The notes beneath the pieces were generated by a model. It did not search any database. It was not told the DNA's origin and saw only the letters and a list, made by a program, of their open reading frames with translations. From Intoshia linei (taxonomy: Eukaryota > Animalia > Orthonectida): 64,000 nt of DNA. Below are positions 1 to 14,700 of this stretch, one piece after another. Location: the NCBI GenBank assembly GCA_001642005.1, contig LWCA01000001.1, forward strand, positions 95,982 to 159,981, read 5' to 3'. Positions within the stretch are counted from its first letter, which is position 1, and every line of letters starts with the position of its first letter. The position numbers and the translations under genes were made by a program.

Positions 1-1494
1 TGTTTATTTTACTTTAAATTACATTTTAAGGATGTTGTATATTGCAAGTTGCAACATACTTGATTTCATTTCATTTCGTCAATCATAATTTTTTCTTTAT
101 TACATTTTCAACGGTACAACAATATTCAAAATTAAAATTGTTTCATTCTCATTATTTTATAATAAAAAAAGTAACAGTCTAAGCCTCCCGGTTAAACGCT
201 GATTGTGACTATGAGATCCTAATCTAGCTGATATTTTAATCTGATAAAATTTTTAAAATATATTTAGTAGTAAGGTAGTAGTTAGTGTTGATACAAAACA
301 CAGTTTTTTTTTATAAGGGTGTTTTATATTTTCAATAAAATAATGGGTGAATTATAAAATTAATATTCATGTAATTCTCTTGAACATTTATGCTCTTATT
401 TTGAGTATCTGGGTCAACCACAGAAATAAAATTATTAAATTTTTTCATCTTCCATCTACCCTTTTTTTAATTTTTAAATTTAAAAAATTTTTGTCAATTT
501 TTCAAAGATATAACAAGACAAATGAAATAAAAGATTAGAAAAAAATTTTTGACACTAAATAATTAAGTAAAAAGTAGGTTGATGTTTTTCTTTTTAAGGT
601 AAATTTAAAATTTCTATTCAATCAGACCTTTCAATTACTCTTATTTATGAGATCATTGACATAATGATAAGTAAAGTTTATATAATTTTTTTAGTTAAAA
701 TGTCATATTAAGCATTCAACTTGGATGATGTGTAGACTAAATATAATCAAATTAAAAATAATAATAATAATAATCATTTTTACACTACATTATAAATTTT
801 CACATAATTTAATTTTTTATTGAACGCCTATGTGGATAATATTTGATTTTTAGTTAACAAATATGAACATTATGAATACATCAAAATTAATAATTTTATA
901 TTATTTTACTATTTTTTTGTTATCTACATTAAATTCACCCATATGGCCATGATTTTTTTATGTTTCGTTTTGTATTTCGTAATAATCCAAAAGCGATATA
1001 TATTTAATTTACTTTACTTTTTTGTTTGTTAATTATACTTATATAGTATTTTATATTATATACTTTCAAAAATTTAATCAAAATATTTTATATATTGATT
1101 TGCATCTAATAATTCACCGACAATAAAAATCTACTTAAAAGACCGTTAAAGACACTTGAAATATTAATGATAAGTCTTAAAGTATTTACATGTCTTATTG
1201 ATTTTTTGAAATAATCTGTAAAAATTTTAATATCTTTCAATATAAATTATCAAAATATTTATAAAATTTAATATACACTCTCAAAATCTATTTCCGATTG
1301 AATTTCCGTTATAATTAATTAATAGTATACTTCCGTTATGTTGTAACAGTAGGGTAATTTTGTGATTTATTTACATTTTTTAGTAAAATGGGTCAATTTA
1401 AAAATTATAATAAACTAAGAAATGTATCCAAATTTATTAACTATTACAATTAAAAGTTATTCCCTATTAATAATAATAGTGTTTTAGTTAAAAA

Positions 1495-2340
1495 TATATG
1501 TTAATTATTTATATTTATTTGTTTGTTTCAGTTTATTTAAGAAAGTACAAATGTAGAGTTTTAAAAATTAAACTCCGTAATACTAATTTTTCATCATTAT
1601 ATTAACATCATTTTATCGCAAATTTTGTTTTCAAAAATTGAGTCCTTTAAGGTCAAACTCACAATTATCTTTTTTTATAAAATGTAAATAGTCCTAGATA
1701 TATCAAAAATACATAATCTGATAAAAATGTTAAAATCATCAAAATTTTGATATTTGATAATTTGATAAATTTTAAATTCTACATCTTCACGGCCAAAACC
1801 ACAAATTACACTTTTTTATAAAATGAAAAAAAATGTTAGAAGTATACAACATAAATTGTGAAATTGGTTTTAAAATAGTAAAAATTATCATAAATCGGAA
1901 AACAAAAAAAATTTATTTTGACTATCAAAACCATTTATTATCCTTTTTTTAAAATGTAAATAGTCCTACAGTTAAAAAAATATATTATTCTGATCCAGGT
2001 TATTCCAGTTGATATAAATACACAATTTTAACCCCAAAATTAAATTAAATCTACGCATTCTGGTGAAAAATTATTTTAAATATATTATCAACCAATATTT
2101 CTCAAATATTTGCATTAAAGTTAAAAATTAAAAATTAAAAAGTTAACATTTGTAAATATTCATACTAAAATTTTAAAGTTTAAATTTTCTGGGATTCATA
2201 TATTTTTTATGACGATTTTTTAGAGTGTAACTATAATTTGATTGTTTTTAACATCATGCAGTCATTGTCTAATAAATTGAAAAATCGGTCCTCGACAGAA
2301 CTAGCTGCTGTTTGCACCAAGTACGTTACTGTCAAGCTAA
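1495..2340 (+). mobile_element. Degenerate non-autonomous Helitron-like repeat (subfamily B)
   Basis: It has the tttatttgtttg 5' region, several ~120-135-bp subunits (aaaaccacaaattac...ttttt..aaaatgtaaatagtccta) and a decayed 3' end cctcgacagaactagctgctgtttg..gtac...gtcaagctaa. Boundaries are approximate. Confidence 0.55.
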
Positions 2341-4319
2341 TAATGTATAAAATTTTTATAGTAAATAATTTTAAACGTGATATTATTAAAAAAAAAAATA
2401 ATACGCAATTTGCCTTAATCTAAAAATACATTTGTAGTGTATCATATAATAAGGAAAAAATTAATTGAAACTGAAAAATGTAAATATATTATGTTAATAT
2501 TGAAACAATAGTACAGATTTAATGTATTAGATTTAATACAATTCAGATTAAATTGATAATACCGTAAAATTTAATTGATTTATAAACAATTGATGTTATC
2601 ATACATCCAACAGCTTATTGTTATTATCAAATTTACGAATATCCGAAATTGTTATTATTATCGTCATTAAATCGTAAAACACAAAAAAATATTATTTTTC
2701 AAAGAATCTATGAGAATTTAAAACCAGTAAATTAAAAGCCAGATGTTTATTAAAAATTACAAATGTACTCTTATATATTTGACTAATTTATCAAACATAT
2801 TTATTGCAAATTGCAATAAATGTATGTAAAAAACTAAAAAGTAATTTATTATTCACATTATAATGTCAATAATAATATACATAAAGTAATCATTACATAA
2901 AGTAAAAGTTGCTACTAAATTGTGGCATTTATTTTTAGAAAACTGACAGTCCAAAAAAATTTGAAAAACAAAAATTATAAGTCAGTTTTTTTTAGTGCAC
3001 AAAGTAAAATATATTTCACTCTCCGACAATCTCACCTTCACTGTCAAAAACACAAATGATCTCTTTTCTTTAAAAAAATTAAAAAAAATTTAGTATTATA
3101 ATTTTAATAAAACAAATTCTAATATTGTTTTAAATTTTTTTTATTTTATCATTAATATTAATATAATTAAATTTAAAGTTATGTACTCAACAGATCTAGC
3201 TAGTTTTTGTACAAAATACACAACAAACCGGCTAATCTGTAAATATAATAAAAGTTTTCAGTTATAGAAATAAATTTAATTTGATATATTGGATAATAAT
3301 TATAATATAATAATTTAATTGACATTATCAAATCAAGAAATTATATGAATATATTTTATTTTGTCAATAAAATTAAAGCATAGTAAATTAATAACGTGTT
3401 CGGTATAACAAACGTATTACAAAGCAAATAAAATTTACAATACAATTTTCCACCCTATAATTTATTTAATTATACATTTCAATATTCTGGAAAATATTAT
3501 TACAATAACAAGTCATGAATAAAGTCAAATAATGGAATTTTAATCATACAATTGTTATTTATCGTTACTAATAAACATATTTTTAATATATAAAAAGAAA
3601 AGGACTATGAATGAATTGATAAGACTAATTCAATGGTTTAAAATGGTCATTGTATCTAAAGTCTAGTGGTCACGCAAATATAATTATGTCTTTTAGTTTG
3701 TTGATTTTGTTTTTGTTTTTAGAAATGAAATATTTAATGCATGTAGACTTTTTTTAATACAATTATAATATTATATGTTTGACTTAATCAAAACAATTCA
3801 GTATATTTGCTACTTTTAATGTTTTAATTCAATGCTATTGCATTAATTAAAATAATTTTAAAATGAAAAATCAACATTATTTAAAACTTTAAATTTATCA
3901 GATTATATATTGAAATGTTCAAGTACTTTGTTCATATAAATCTTAAGTATCAAAATGTGTTATTTTGCCTTGGGCAATATTCTCTCAACAGTTATTATTG
4001 ACTATAATTTTTGATATTCTGTTAATATATACATTTGTGCATATTTTATTGCATTTCAAATTATATTAGTTTTATGATTGGAAAGTACATATATAGGAAT
4101 ATAAATGTGATTTATATGGGATTTTATTTATATCCACATAAAAAATTTATAAAATATATTATTATTAGTCTGCATGTATTAGAAATGAATATGTATTTAG
4201 ATTAATTGAGTATATAGGCTACGAATCCGTAATTTTAAATGTATAATGCAAATTATATACATATTTGATTGAAAAAAATATTAATATTAAAATATTTTTA
4301 CTTACAATAATTTAATGTT

Positions 4320-4973
4320 ATACATAAATGATGGTACTTCGCCTCACAATCACGATTTACGAGCCAAAAAATACAAAATCAGAATCTAAATATGCTACCA
4401 AATTGACCACCACAGAGTCGAGATTTAATATAATCGAAAATCTTTGGAGTAAATTGAAGATTAGAGTGCGTCAACGATGTCCTCAAAATTTGACGTCACT
4501 ATAGACATTAACAAAGGAAGAATTTTATAAAATATCTAACGATTATATCGAAAAATTTAAGAGTCTATTCCGAGAAGATTAGATGACGTATTTTCAGTAA
4601 TAGGCAGAAATACCAAGTACTGACTTTATTAAACATTTTTAAATTAAATTTATTTCATTATGACCTTTAATTATAAAATTAATCACGGGTGCTCAAAACA
4701 TATAAACGACTAAAATTATTACAATGCAATAATATCATCATTCGAATATCTAATAATTATCTAACAATCTTCAAATTTAGTTAATAACTTCCGATCATAT
4801 ATACTATGATCATACATATATATATATATACATATATATACATACATGATACATACTATAACATTTCCTGAAATATAAAATAAATTAATGAAAAACACTT
4901 ATTAATTAATATTATTATTATTAAAATAATTAAAGATTTTATAAGGTACTCAAAACATATGGACGGGTCTCTA
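4320..4973 (+). pseudogene. Tc1/mariner (DD34E) transposase C-terminal remnant with right-hand IR/DR-like end
   Basis: Translation *PPQSRDLNIIENLWSKLK...SIPRRLDDVFSVIGRNTKY* matches the Tc1 motifs WPxQSPDLNPIENLW and GGxTKY, with stops and frameshifts. The motif ctcaaaacatat is repeated at ~4693 and ~4949. Confidence 0.75.
4795..4860. repeat. (TA)n/(CATA)n microsatellite
   Basis: Visible directly as catacatatatatatatatacatatatatacatacatgatacatac. Confidence 0.8.
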
Positions 4974-5299
4974 GTTAATGTTAATTTATAAAAATAATAA
5001 GACAACAATGATTTATAATTCTTGGAAAATAATGAATATTAATTTATTATTAAGACTATTAAGACAATTAAACGTCTTAATTATTTTCCATTCATCACAT
5101 ATAAATCTATTAAGAATGAAAATATAATAATATCATGAGATAGTGACGTCCCATCATCACAAATTGTGTTACCCAATGAAACTTTACAATAAATCATAAT
5201 AATATTATAACATATTATAATAATTAATCAGATGATTATAATGATGATCAGTGATTATTAATCATCAATTATAACACTTATTGATAACATTGAATATAT

Positions 5300-5607
5300 G
5301 TCATTTTTTTAAATTTAAATTTATGATAATGTTTATGATTTTAAAATCCGCATCAGCGTATATATTTTTTTAAATTTTCCAACTCGTTTGATTTTCAAAA
5401 AAAGGGACAACAGGGGTTTTTAACTTGTAAGATGTGAAATTAAGAGGGTGAAATTTATCTTATTATACGTCCCGGAAAAAACTGTAATTGAAATGTGGTC
5501 TTTAAAAAATTTTAAAAATGGTAGTTATTTCAATCAAGTGGAACACACACACAAATAAAAATCACGTAGCCTTTTATATAAGTTAAAGTTTTAAGTTAAG
5601 TAAGGAT
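5300..5607 (-). mobile_element. Helitron-like element, 5' fragment (subfamily A)
   Basis: Closely matches 50610-50954 and 10830-11113, including cacacacaca...cgtagc...tatataagt. Confidence 0.6.
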
Positions 5608-5704
5608 TAATATATTTTAAAAAAAATTTAAAGATTTTAAATTGTTTGAATAGTGGTTTTACGAAACAAATGTTTTTATTAAAATTTCTTAAAATATTTA
5701 CAAA

Positions 5705-8700
5705 TTATAATTTTCCAGTGTTCCACGATTTTGTCATATGATATTTATCATATAACGTTGAATTAATACGATTAGATTTATTTTTTCGAATTGAATTAAC
5801 TAAAAAAATAATATAAACAATTCAACATATAAAATTATAATACATGTATTATCATATTTCGTGGTTCCATTTTTTCTGTTTCGACCATTTCCAGTATTTT
5901 CATTACACCTAACATCATTTTTGATTTTAATCGTGTCTTTAGATTTTAATTTATCAATTCTGATATAAAATTATGAACGGTTAAATAGTAAATATTTAAT
6001 TCTTTTTTGAACGTGAAGGCGTAATTTTGGGATGTTGCAATTCTTTTTGTGTACTAACTGGAAATAACTGTATAACTAGTTTTTTTATTTTTTGTAAAAA
6101 TGGGTAATTTTGGTTTTTAACTGAAGATGTTAGTTTTTAGGTTATAACTTACAATTTATTATTTTTATCATTAAATTAAAATCTGTTTCAGTATTTTTAT
6201 TTAAAATTCTTAGACTCATTTTTAATTCATTTATAAAAAATGTAATTTGTGGTTTTGCCCAGGAAGATGCCATTTTTGAGATTGAAATTTCTTACTTTCT
6301 GGAACAGAACAAATTATATTGGAATGTTATTTTTATGAAAATTCTGAGTTTGTCAAATTTCTTACTTACTTTCAAATCTTACGTGAAACTTAATTTTCGC
6401 CATCAAAACCACAGATTACCCTTTTTTAAAAATGAAAATAGTCCTAGAATTTAAAAAATACAATTAATACAGTTATATCCAGTTAACACATACAAAAAAT
6501 TTCAATGTGACAAAATGGTGCCTTCAAGGTCAAAAATACACTTTAAAGTCTACCCTCGGTAAAGCTAGGTGATATTTGTACAAAGTACATAACAATACAC
6601 CTAATTATTAATAAAATTACTTTAATTCTTTAAAATTGTCATTTCTGGGATAATTGAGAACCCATTCAAATGTACGTTTAGTTTTATTTTCTTGTGCTAG
6701 AAATTAATATATAATAATACAATAATATTCAATAATAATTTGAGGTCATTATAATATACATTAAGGCAATATTTTCCAAAGTTTTTCAACTAATGCCTCT
6801 TATTAAAACGTTTCTTAATTTCTAAAGTACGGTAAATATTCATTTTAACAATTATTAATGTGATGATTATAATTATAATCATAATTATTTTTCACCCAAT
6901 TTATTTATCCGGGTTACATTATAACGAATTAACATAATTATGGAACATATTCCAATAATTAAAGATAAAATTATAGAATTATTAATAAAAGTATATTAAT
7001 GAATACATACAATAATATTATTTTTTTGAAGTTATAAATGAAAACACATGATATATAAAAATAAAATGTGATTCAAGATTTATTTAATTTTAATTAACTG
7101 ACAAATTGCACCACTTCATTTATTAGTATAGTACAGTAAGTACAGTACAGTAGTATAGTAATAGTAGTAAATTGATATTTTTATTAATTAAAACTAATTT
7201 TTTAATAATTTTTTTCACGTGAATAAAAGAATTTTTTTTAATCTCCCGCGTAATATTTTTTTCTGCATTTGACTGTCAATCAAATTAAGTTTGACACCTC
7301 TACTTAAGATGGTGAACGCTGCAATAAAAGCGTTAAATCAATTCTTACACAAAATAATAATAAGCAAGTAATCGGGCCTAAACTGCAAAAGTCAAGGTAT
7401 ATTATTTGGGGAAACTACGAAAAATTAATACATTGTTAAATTTACAACGTATAATCAGAAATAGATTCAACGTGTATAATTTTTAATTGACATTTTAGTA
7501 TGTTAGACATTACAATTCAAATTATCTAAAATATTATTAACATGGAAAGGAACACACAAGAGTATTAAATACATCCTTTGATAATTAAATAAATGTAAAA
7601 TCATTAAATGTGCATCACCTACATTGCGTGATGTTAAAATGTGATTTAAATTATAAGCCTAATTATAATTGTGAAACAGCACTGAAAACATATGAGCAAT
7701 AATACACCAAATATTCAATTAATAGTATGTATTGATAGTACTATAAATGATAAATGGCATGCGTGTATTATTAATGTAGTACACTAAAATTTTCATTGTA
7801 ATTAAAATAATTCACCAGTAACGTATTGACGTTAATGATCATATTTATGATATGATAATTGATAAATCGACATTTTAATGTAATTAATAAAAATACAATA
7901 TATATAATAAATGAACTACGATGTATTATTAAATAAGATATCAATACAATATATATTTACCTTTATGACAAAATGCAATATCGGTCTTTCTAATATTTTG
8001 TGGAATCATTGGCCTTTTCGACATTTTACAATTATCATTTACTTTAATTGGATCAATGGAAAAAATTTTAGTATTTTGATTAATATTGTCTATTTCATTT
8101 GATAAGGTTTCATCATTTAATCCATCAAAACTTATGTCAAAATTTGTATCCATATTAAAATTAAGATTTAAATCTTCTGTTGTTCTCTATTGTTATTTTA
8201 AATCATAATTTTATTATTGATATGTATAAAGTATTCCAATATAACATAATTAATAAATTATAAGATATACAAAGATAAAAGTTATCTTAACTTATACAAA
8301 ATTGAATGTCTGTCTCTGTGTGTTGCAGCTTCTAGCAATAAATGACAGTCGTAGAATGTTAACAAACACAAATTTCAAGTCAGATTTTGTCAGGGCAGTT
8401 ATTAAAATAAATGTTAATCTCAGAAACTTACCTCTACCTGGTCAAAACCCCTGATTTCCCTTTTTTTAAAAAATTAAAATAGTCCTAAAAATTTAAAAAA
8501 ATTACAGCGCATACATTTATCTCCAGTTAACACATACAAAAAATTTGAATCTCAAAAACTGAGCTCCTCACGGCCAAAAAATCACTTTGGTATTAATTTT
8601 TTTTTCGAAACAATTATACTTTATTAAAACAAAAAATTTAAAATAATTAAATTATTATTAGAATTTAAAAAAAAAAATTATTCTAATACAGCTTATTCCA

Positions 8701-11700
8701 GTTGATATAAACACACTTTTTCAACTCCAGAAATCAACGCATTCCCAGTCAAAAACTGATTTTACCATTTTATCATGAAATATATCATGAAATTTAAATT
8801 TTTATATCTTATAAATGTATAATTAATAATATATATAATATGTATGTACTTGATCTTTTTGAGTAAAAATTATATAATTTTCACTTTCTAATCTGATTTT
8901 TTCAAACTTTTTTTTTGCTAGGTATGTTTTGATGCATGTCTAAGTAAACAATATAAATTAAAAAGTTGTATCAAATATAGTTATTTTGAAATATATCTAT
9001 GAAATAAAAATACAGTTATTAATTTTAATTTCACTTTTTTGATCCAATTTTTGCGCCACCATTTCTGTATCAATAATGCACATGAATTGCGCTGATTTTT
9101 TAGATAAATGCTAGTTTTTTATTAAATTAATTTAATAATAACAAATATATTGAACTTTAAATTACTGTATTAATTTACGACCAAGGACGACGATAAGACC
9201 GGGGAATTTTAAATTCTAATTAGTATTTTTTTATTGGAAATGTTTAAATGTTCAATTCACATTTTTTTGAAATTGTAGAATTTATGTTTACCTTTTTATT
9301 TTAATTTTAATTCAAACATTTCAAAAATATTTGTTGATAATATATTATAAGTTATTTTTTACCGGGAATGCGTAGATTTGTCGGTTTGATATTTTGTATT
9401 TATATCAATTGGAATAAACTGTATCAGAATAATTTTTTTAATTGTCGGACAGTTAATTATTTCAAATGTTTTGCTTTAATAAAATAGTTACGAAATAAAA
9501 AAAAATAAATAATAAACTGCTTTTTTGGCTGTAAAGGTGTCACTTTCTCAGATTGGAAATTTTAAAGTCAATTAACTGGACATAACTGTATCACCTGTAA
9601 TTATTTTAAAAATTCTAGGACTAATATCATTTTGTAATAAAAGGGTAATTTGTAGTTTTGATCGTGAAAATGCTCTTTTTTGAGGTTGCCATTTACGATA
9701 ATGCTTATTATTTTAAAAAGTATCCCAGAATGTATGATTTATACGACTTTAGGACATGTTTGATTTGTAAAACATAGGGTAAGTTGTGGTTTTGACCATG
9801 AAGGTGTGCGTTTTTGAGGCTGAAATTTAAGACAATGTTAATGATTATAAAACGCGTCCTGGAATGCATGCTTTATTAAAATTTTGACTGATTTTATTTT
9901 TAAACAAAAAGGCAAATTGGGTTTTTGACCCTGAAGGACTTAAATTCAGAAACTAAAAAATAGATATCAACATCCCTACGTAAAACTATATTAGAAACTG
10001 GGTTTTTTTAAATTCTACGACAGTCGATTTTATAAAAATATACGATAACACACACATATTCAATTTATATATAATGTAAATACATTATTATGCAAGTAAA
10101 TTGTACATTATAGAAATACTATTTATTAAAAAATGCACCTTTTCATTTGAATTTCTTCTTTTTCAATTTTTTTCTTTTTACGATAATACTTTTGGATTAT
10201 TACAATGGATGTAATATCATAAATTTTTACAGAGAACTTTACGCTAAATAATTAAAGTTAAAAAATATATAAAAAGTCATTAAAATTAAAATAATATGTT
10301 AAATTTTGGATACATTTTAGGTTAACGTTATTTTTAGTTTCAGTAATTAATTAATATTTAATTCTTATTTAGTTTTTATTATATTTCTACAAGTACTTAG
10401 ATATTTTTTATAATACATTTTTATTAACTATAAGTGTAACTGTAAACACATTTCATCATTTTAACTGAAACATTAATACCACTGCAATGGTAAAAAATTC
10501 ATATATTTTTATATTATTTTTACCTTTCAGGACTTAAAAACGATAAGATGGTATTTGCAATATCAAATAAATGGTTTAGTTTCGTGGTTTTTTCAGTTAA
10601 GATGTTGCTAAATTAACATTATAAATATAATATCTCTCACAAATTGTTATCGCTCATTAAATATACTAAATTGACTGTTATGTACTACGTACAAACAGCA
10701 CCTAGCTCTGCCGAGGGCACATTTTATTTGTTTATTATATTAGGGTAAATTTGTTGAAATTCTAGGGGTGGTTTCATTAAAAAAAAGGGTAATTTGTGGT
10801 TTTAGCCCTGAAGATATATTTGTTTTAAATTTAAATTTATGCTAATATTTATGATTTTAAAATGCCTATCAGAGTATATATTATTTTAAATAATCGAACT
10901 TGTTTGATTTTCAAAAAAAGGACAATTGAAGTTTTTGGTCCGTAAGATGTAAGTTTGGGAGGTTGAAATTTATTTTGCTAACACCTTTGGAAAAAACTGT
11001 AATTGAAATGTGGACTTTATAAAATTCTAAGATTGGTAGTTATTGAAATAAACGGTAACACACACACAGACACACACAAACACATATTGCGTAGCATATT
11101 ATATAAGTAAGGATATTAACACTATACGTATAAAATAAAGACTATGTATTACCCACTGTGTATAATAATACATAATGATTTCCATAAAAATATTTATATT
11201 AACATTTTTGTATTAATGTGTAAAATGAAAAATGTATCCACGTGCAAAACGGCTTTTTTAATAAAAAAGTGGACACCCTACAATTGTATATTAAATGAAC
11301 CTTTCTCTGAATTCATTAATATATCGGGATATTTCACGTCCTTGATTAAGAAAATTTAGTTGAATATTATTTTGTGTTATTTTAACAATTTGAAAACACT
11401 TTTCCTTTTGAATATCACGTATTTCGTATTCATTTTTAGATATATTTTTTATGGAATCAACTAAATTATAAATATAGAATACATTCTAGGATGATTATAT
11501 ACAAACAGGCTAGTCAAAAGTACGAACCATTGACGGCGATATAAACAAATCAAAAATTTAAGTCACTATAAGTTCTAATAGGGCTTGCTTTTTATTTCCA
11601 TTTTTATCTTTATCTTGGTTTAATGGTATTAATTATTACACGTCGTGTATTCCATATATTTAGATATTTTTTATTATAATTGAGTAGAATTTGAATTTAG

Positions 11701-14700
11701 AAATAAAAAAACACAGTATTCACTATAAAAAATGCATCAATTGATTTAAATAAAAATTAGATTATGATTTGTACTATAAAAACATCTAGGACACGTTTCT
11801 TAACCGGGTGCTAGAAAAAAAATTCTAATAGGTATAGTAAAACGTTTTGTCATGTGTACCCGCTAAACTACTAATTTTTATTATTTATTTTTACTAATAT
11901 TTAAACCTCTTTGCGTCGCAACCTGATACATAACATATTAATACAATAAATTACCTTTCATTTCATTAAACGAAAAATCCATAGAATGTATATTTATTTT
12001 TTCATTTTCTGAAAAATTAACCTCAGTTATACTAAAAACAAATTCATGAAAAAGATACAATAATATTATTTTAAAATATTTTGAAAGTTTAAAAAAAATA
12101 TTAGCAGTGTAAAGACACATACAAGGTTCTGAATTAATAAATTACGCGACATAAGTATGTCAACAAAAAACATAAAAAAAATACTAAATAATATTTAATT
12201 TATATTTTGTTTTAATATTTTGTATGATGACTCTTTAAATTATGAAATAATTTAATTCAATTTTTATATTTTATATTTATATTTAAATATTTTTAGTGTT
12301 GACTTAATTTTGAATGTTACTGTACATAAAATTAAAATAAAAATTTATCCAAAAAAAATAAGTTTGTTGGCATACTTCTAACGCTGACTGTATACTGTAG
12401 TACAACCAGCTTATCTTTCTACAATGTACATTACACATAACATACAAGGTAGTGTAATATTTTTTCGATTAATTCAGAGCAAATAATTTCCAAATAATAA
12501 TAAAACAAGTAAGTAGGGTTATACTCACATTTTGCAAAACAACATATACCAATTAAAAACATGAGTAAAACTTAATATGTGCTGTTATAATTATTTGTTG
12601 ATCTGCAAAGATAGCATAATCAAAATTTAAAAAAACAGTATCACCTGCATAAAATTTGAATAAATGTTAAAAATATAATGTAAACAAAAAATTGGTAAAA
12701 ATACATGTAAGTAAAAACTATACATGTAAACAAAAAATAAGACAAACACATTAAAATACTTATTCAATTACAACATGATTACGCATATTCCATCAATATT
12801 AACAATAATCATTTTGGTTAAAAAATTTTCAACCTTGACTTCATCATCATGGCTTAATTCTGTAAACTTGCCGAACGAATGCACAAATAAATCTTATAAT
12901 GTAATGGGTATAATAATATGTGACAATTTAAGCAACATAAAAATATACAATATGACTCTGCATGGGAATTTACATTTTAAAAAAATATATACATTCCAGT
13001 ACGACGTATTGAAAATATATGAATATCAAATAGACGACATAATTTTAATGGACATAATGAAGAATAAAAAGAAAAAAGAAATAATAATGTGTAAAAACAA
13101 ACATTCTGGAGAATTGATTATAACGGGTAGTATAATATATTTAAAAAAAATCAAATTCATTAAATTCAATGAAAAGTGGATATTTTATACATCAAATAAC
13201 ATTTATACGGCAAAGCAAAACAAATTATTGAATTATAAAGTTAACAATTTAAAAACTTTGCATTATCATGACCATTCTGGTGTAGTTTATACTGATGGTT
13301 TTGATCAACTGGTAAAATTGAACTTTTATAAAGATAAAAAGAGGATTGTTATAAGTAATATCCGAAAAATAACTAGTGCAAATAATATACACTTGGTAAC
13401 TTTCAAAAACGATTCAAAATCATTATTTCATCAAGATACTCATAAAATTGAAGGAAATTTAAACTTTAACAATAAGAAAATTACTCTTGTAAAAGCAGAA
13501 AAACTACGTAAAAAAATAATTTTTTCAGCATTAGTAATTTACATCAAAAAATAATAAAAAAATAATTTTTTTAGTACTACGAATGTGACACTGCCTGGCT
13601 TTCATTTTTGTGTTTATTTGATGTTTCATATGGTAAAAAGGTATTCGGAATATATACAACTAATACAGCTTTAATTAAAACTTCATCAACAGGTATTTTT
13701 TTTAACAAGGAACCACAAATATATGTAAAAGTATTTAAATGGCATACAATCGTATTAATCCACGAAAATTGCAAAATATATGACTCGTACGACAATGGTG
13801 ATATATTTAGTAAATTAACGCTTAAAAATAACGTTTGCTTGAACAAAATAGAGTTTTTCGATATTGGTTTATCAGTCATTCGCGTCTCAACAACGTTATC
13901 AAACTCAAAATCATACATGTACGTTAATTACAATGGAATAGATTGGATTGAAACGATAAATACTCCAACATATACAATTTCAATAAATTTGATAAATTAC
14001 CCCGCCGACCCTCTAGTATTTTATGCACTCAACGAAAATTCAGTTTGGTATTCGTTTAATGGTTGTAGATCATTCATTAAAAGCGATCAAAAAATCTTGA
14101 CAAATTTCATAAATTCTCATGTAAAATCTCAAGGTTCAAAACCTAGCAAAATATTCTACACCAATAAACTAGCAAAATGTAAATACGATAAAAAACATTA
14201 TAAAACCAACGTCGTGAATGGACTTTTATATTTTGCTGAAACCCATTTTAACAATTGTCACGTCAAAACTCAGTATCTAATGATCAGTAGAAATTATAGT
14301 ATTCAATGTACCCATTTTGATTACACTACGAAATTTGGCTACAAAAAAGAAAAGTCTACTAAAATAATTAAAAAGATAAACCCTGCCAAAAATGATTCCA
14401 AAATATCTACCGTGTGTCTTGATGGAATAATGAAAAAAATTTTTTTGGAGGGGTATTTACCAATTTTTAACAATTCAAAATATGCAAATTATTGTCTATT
14501 AAATTTTACTAATAAAACAAATACAAATTTTACTTGTAAACACCTTCAAGATTTAATTAGAGGTGATGATGATCCAAAGAAAAAATTTAAAGAAAAACTT
14601 GAATACTTTGAAATTATTACAATAATTGGAATGTTATTAGTTTTTTTGGTGTTTATTATTGTGGCTATTTCAGTTGTGAAAGATCGGAATGTAATAAAAA

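Noticed and set aside
347-538. 63-aa plus-strand ORF and other short I/F/K/N-rich ORFs (2238, 11144, 21379-22610, 25272, 26435, 30864, 43780, 45515, 46318, 48997)
   Set aside because: They have AT-driven composition and no motifs; many lie inside repeats or introns.
13577-13918. 113-aa minus-strand ORF as a possible LRRIQ1 exon
   Set aside because: It is antisense to the nested gene and has no LRR pattern; the flanking LRR exons join in phase without it.
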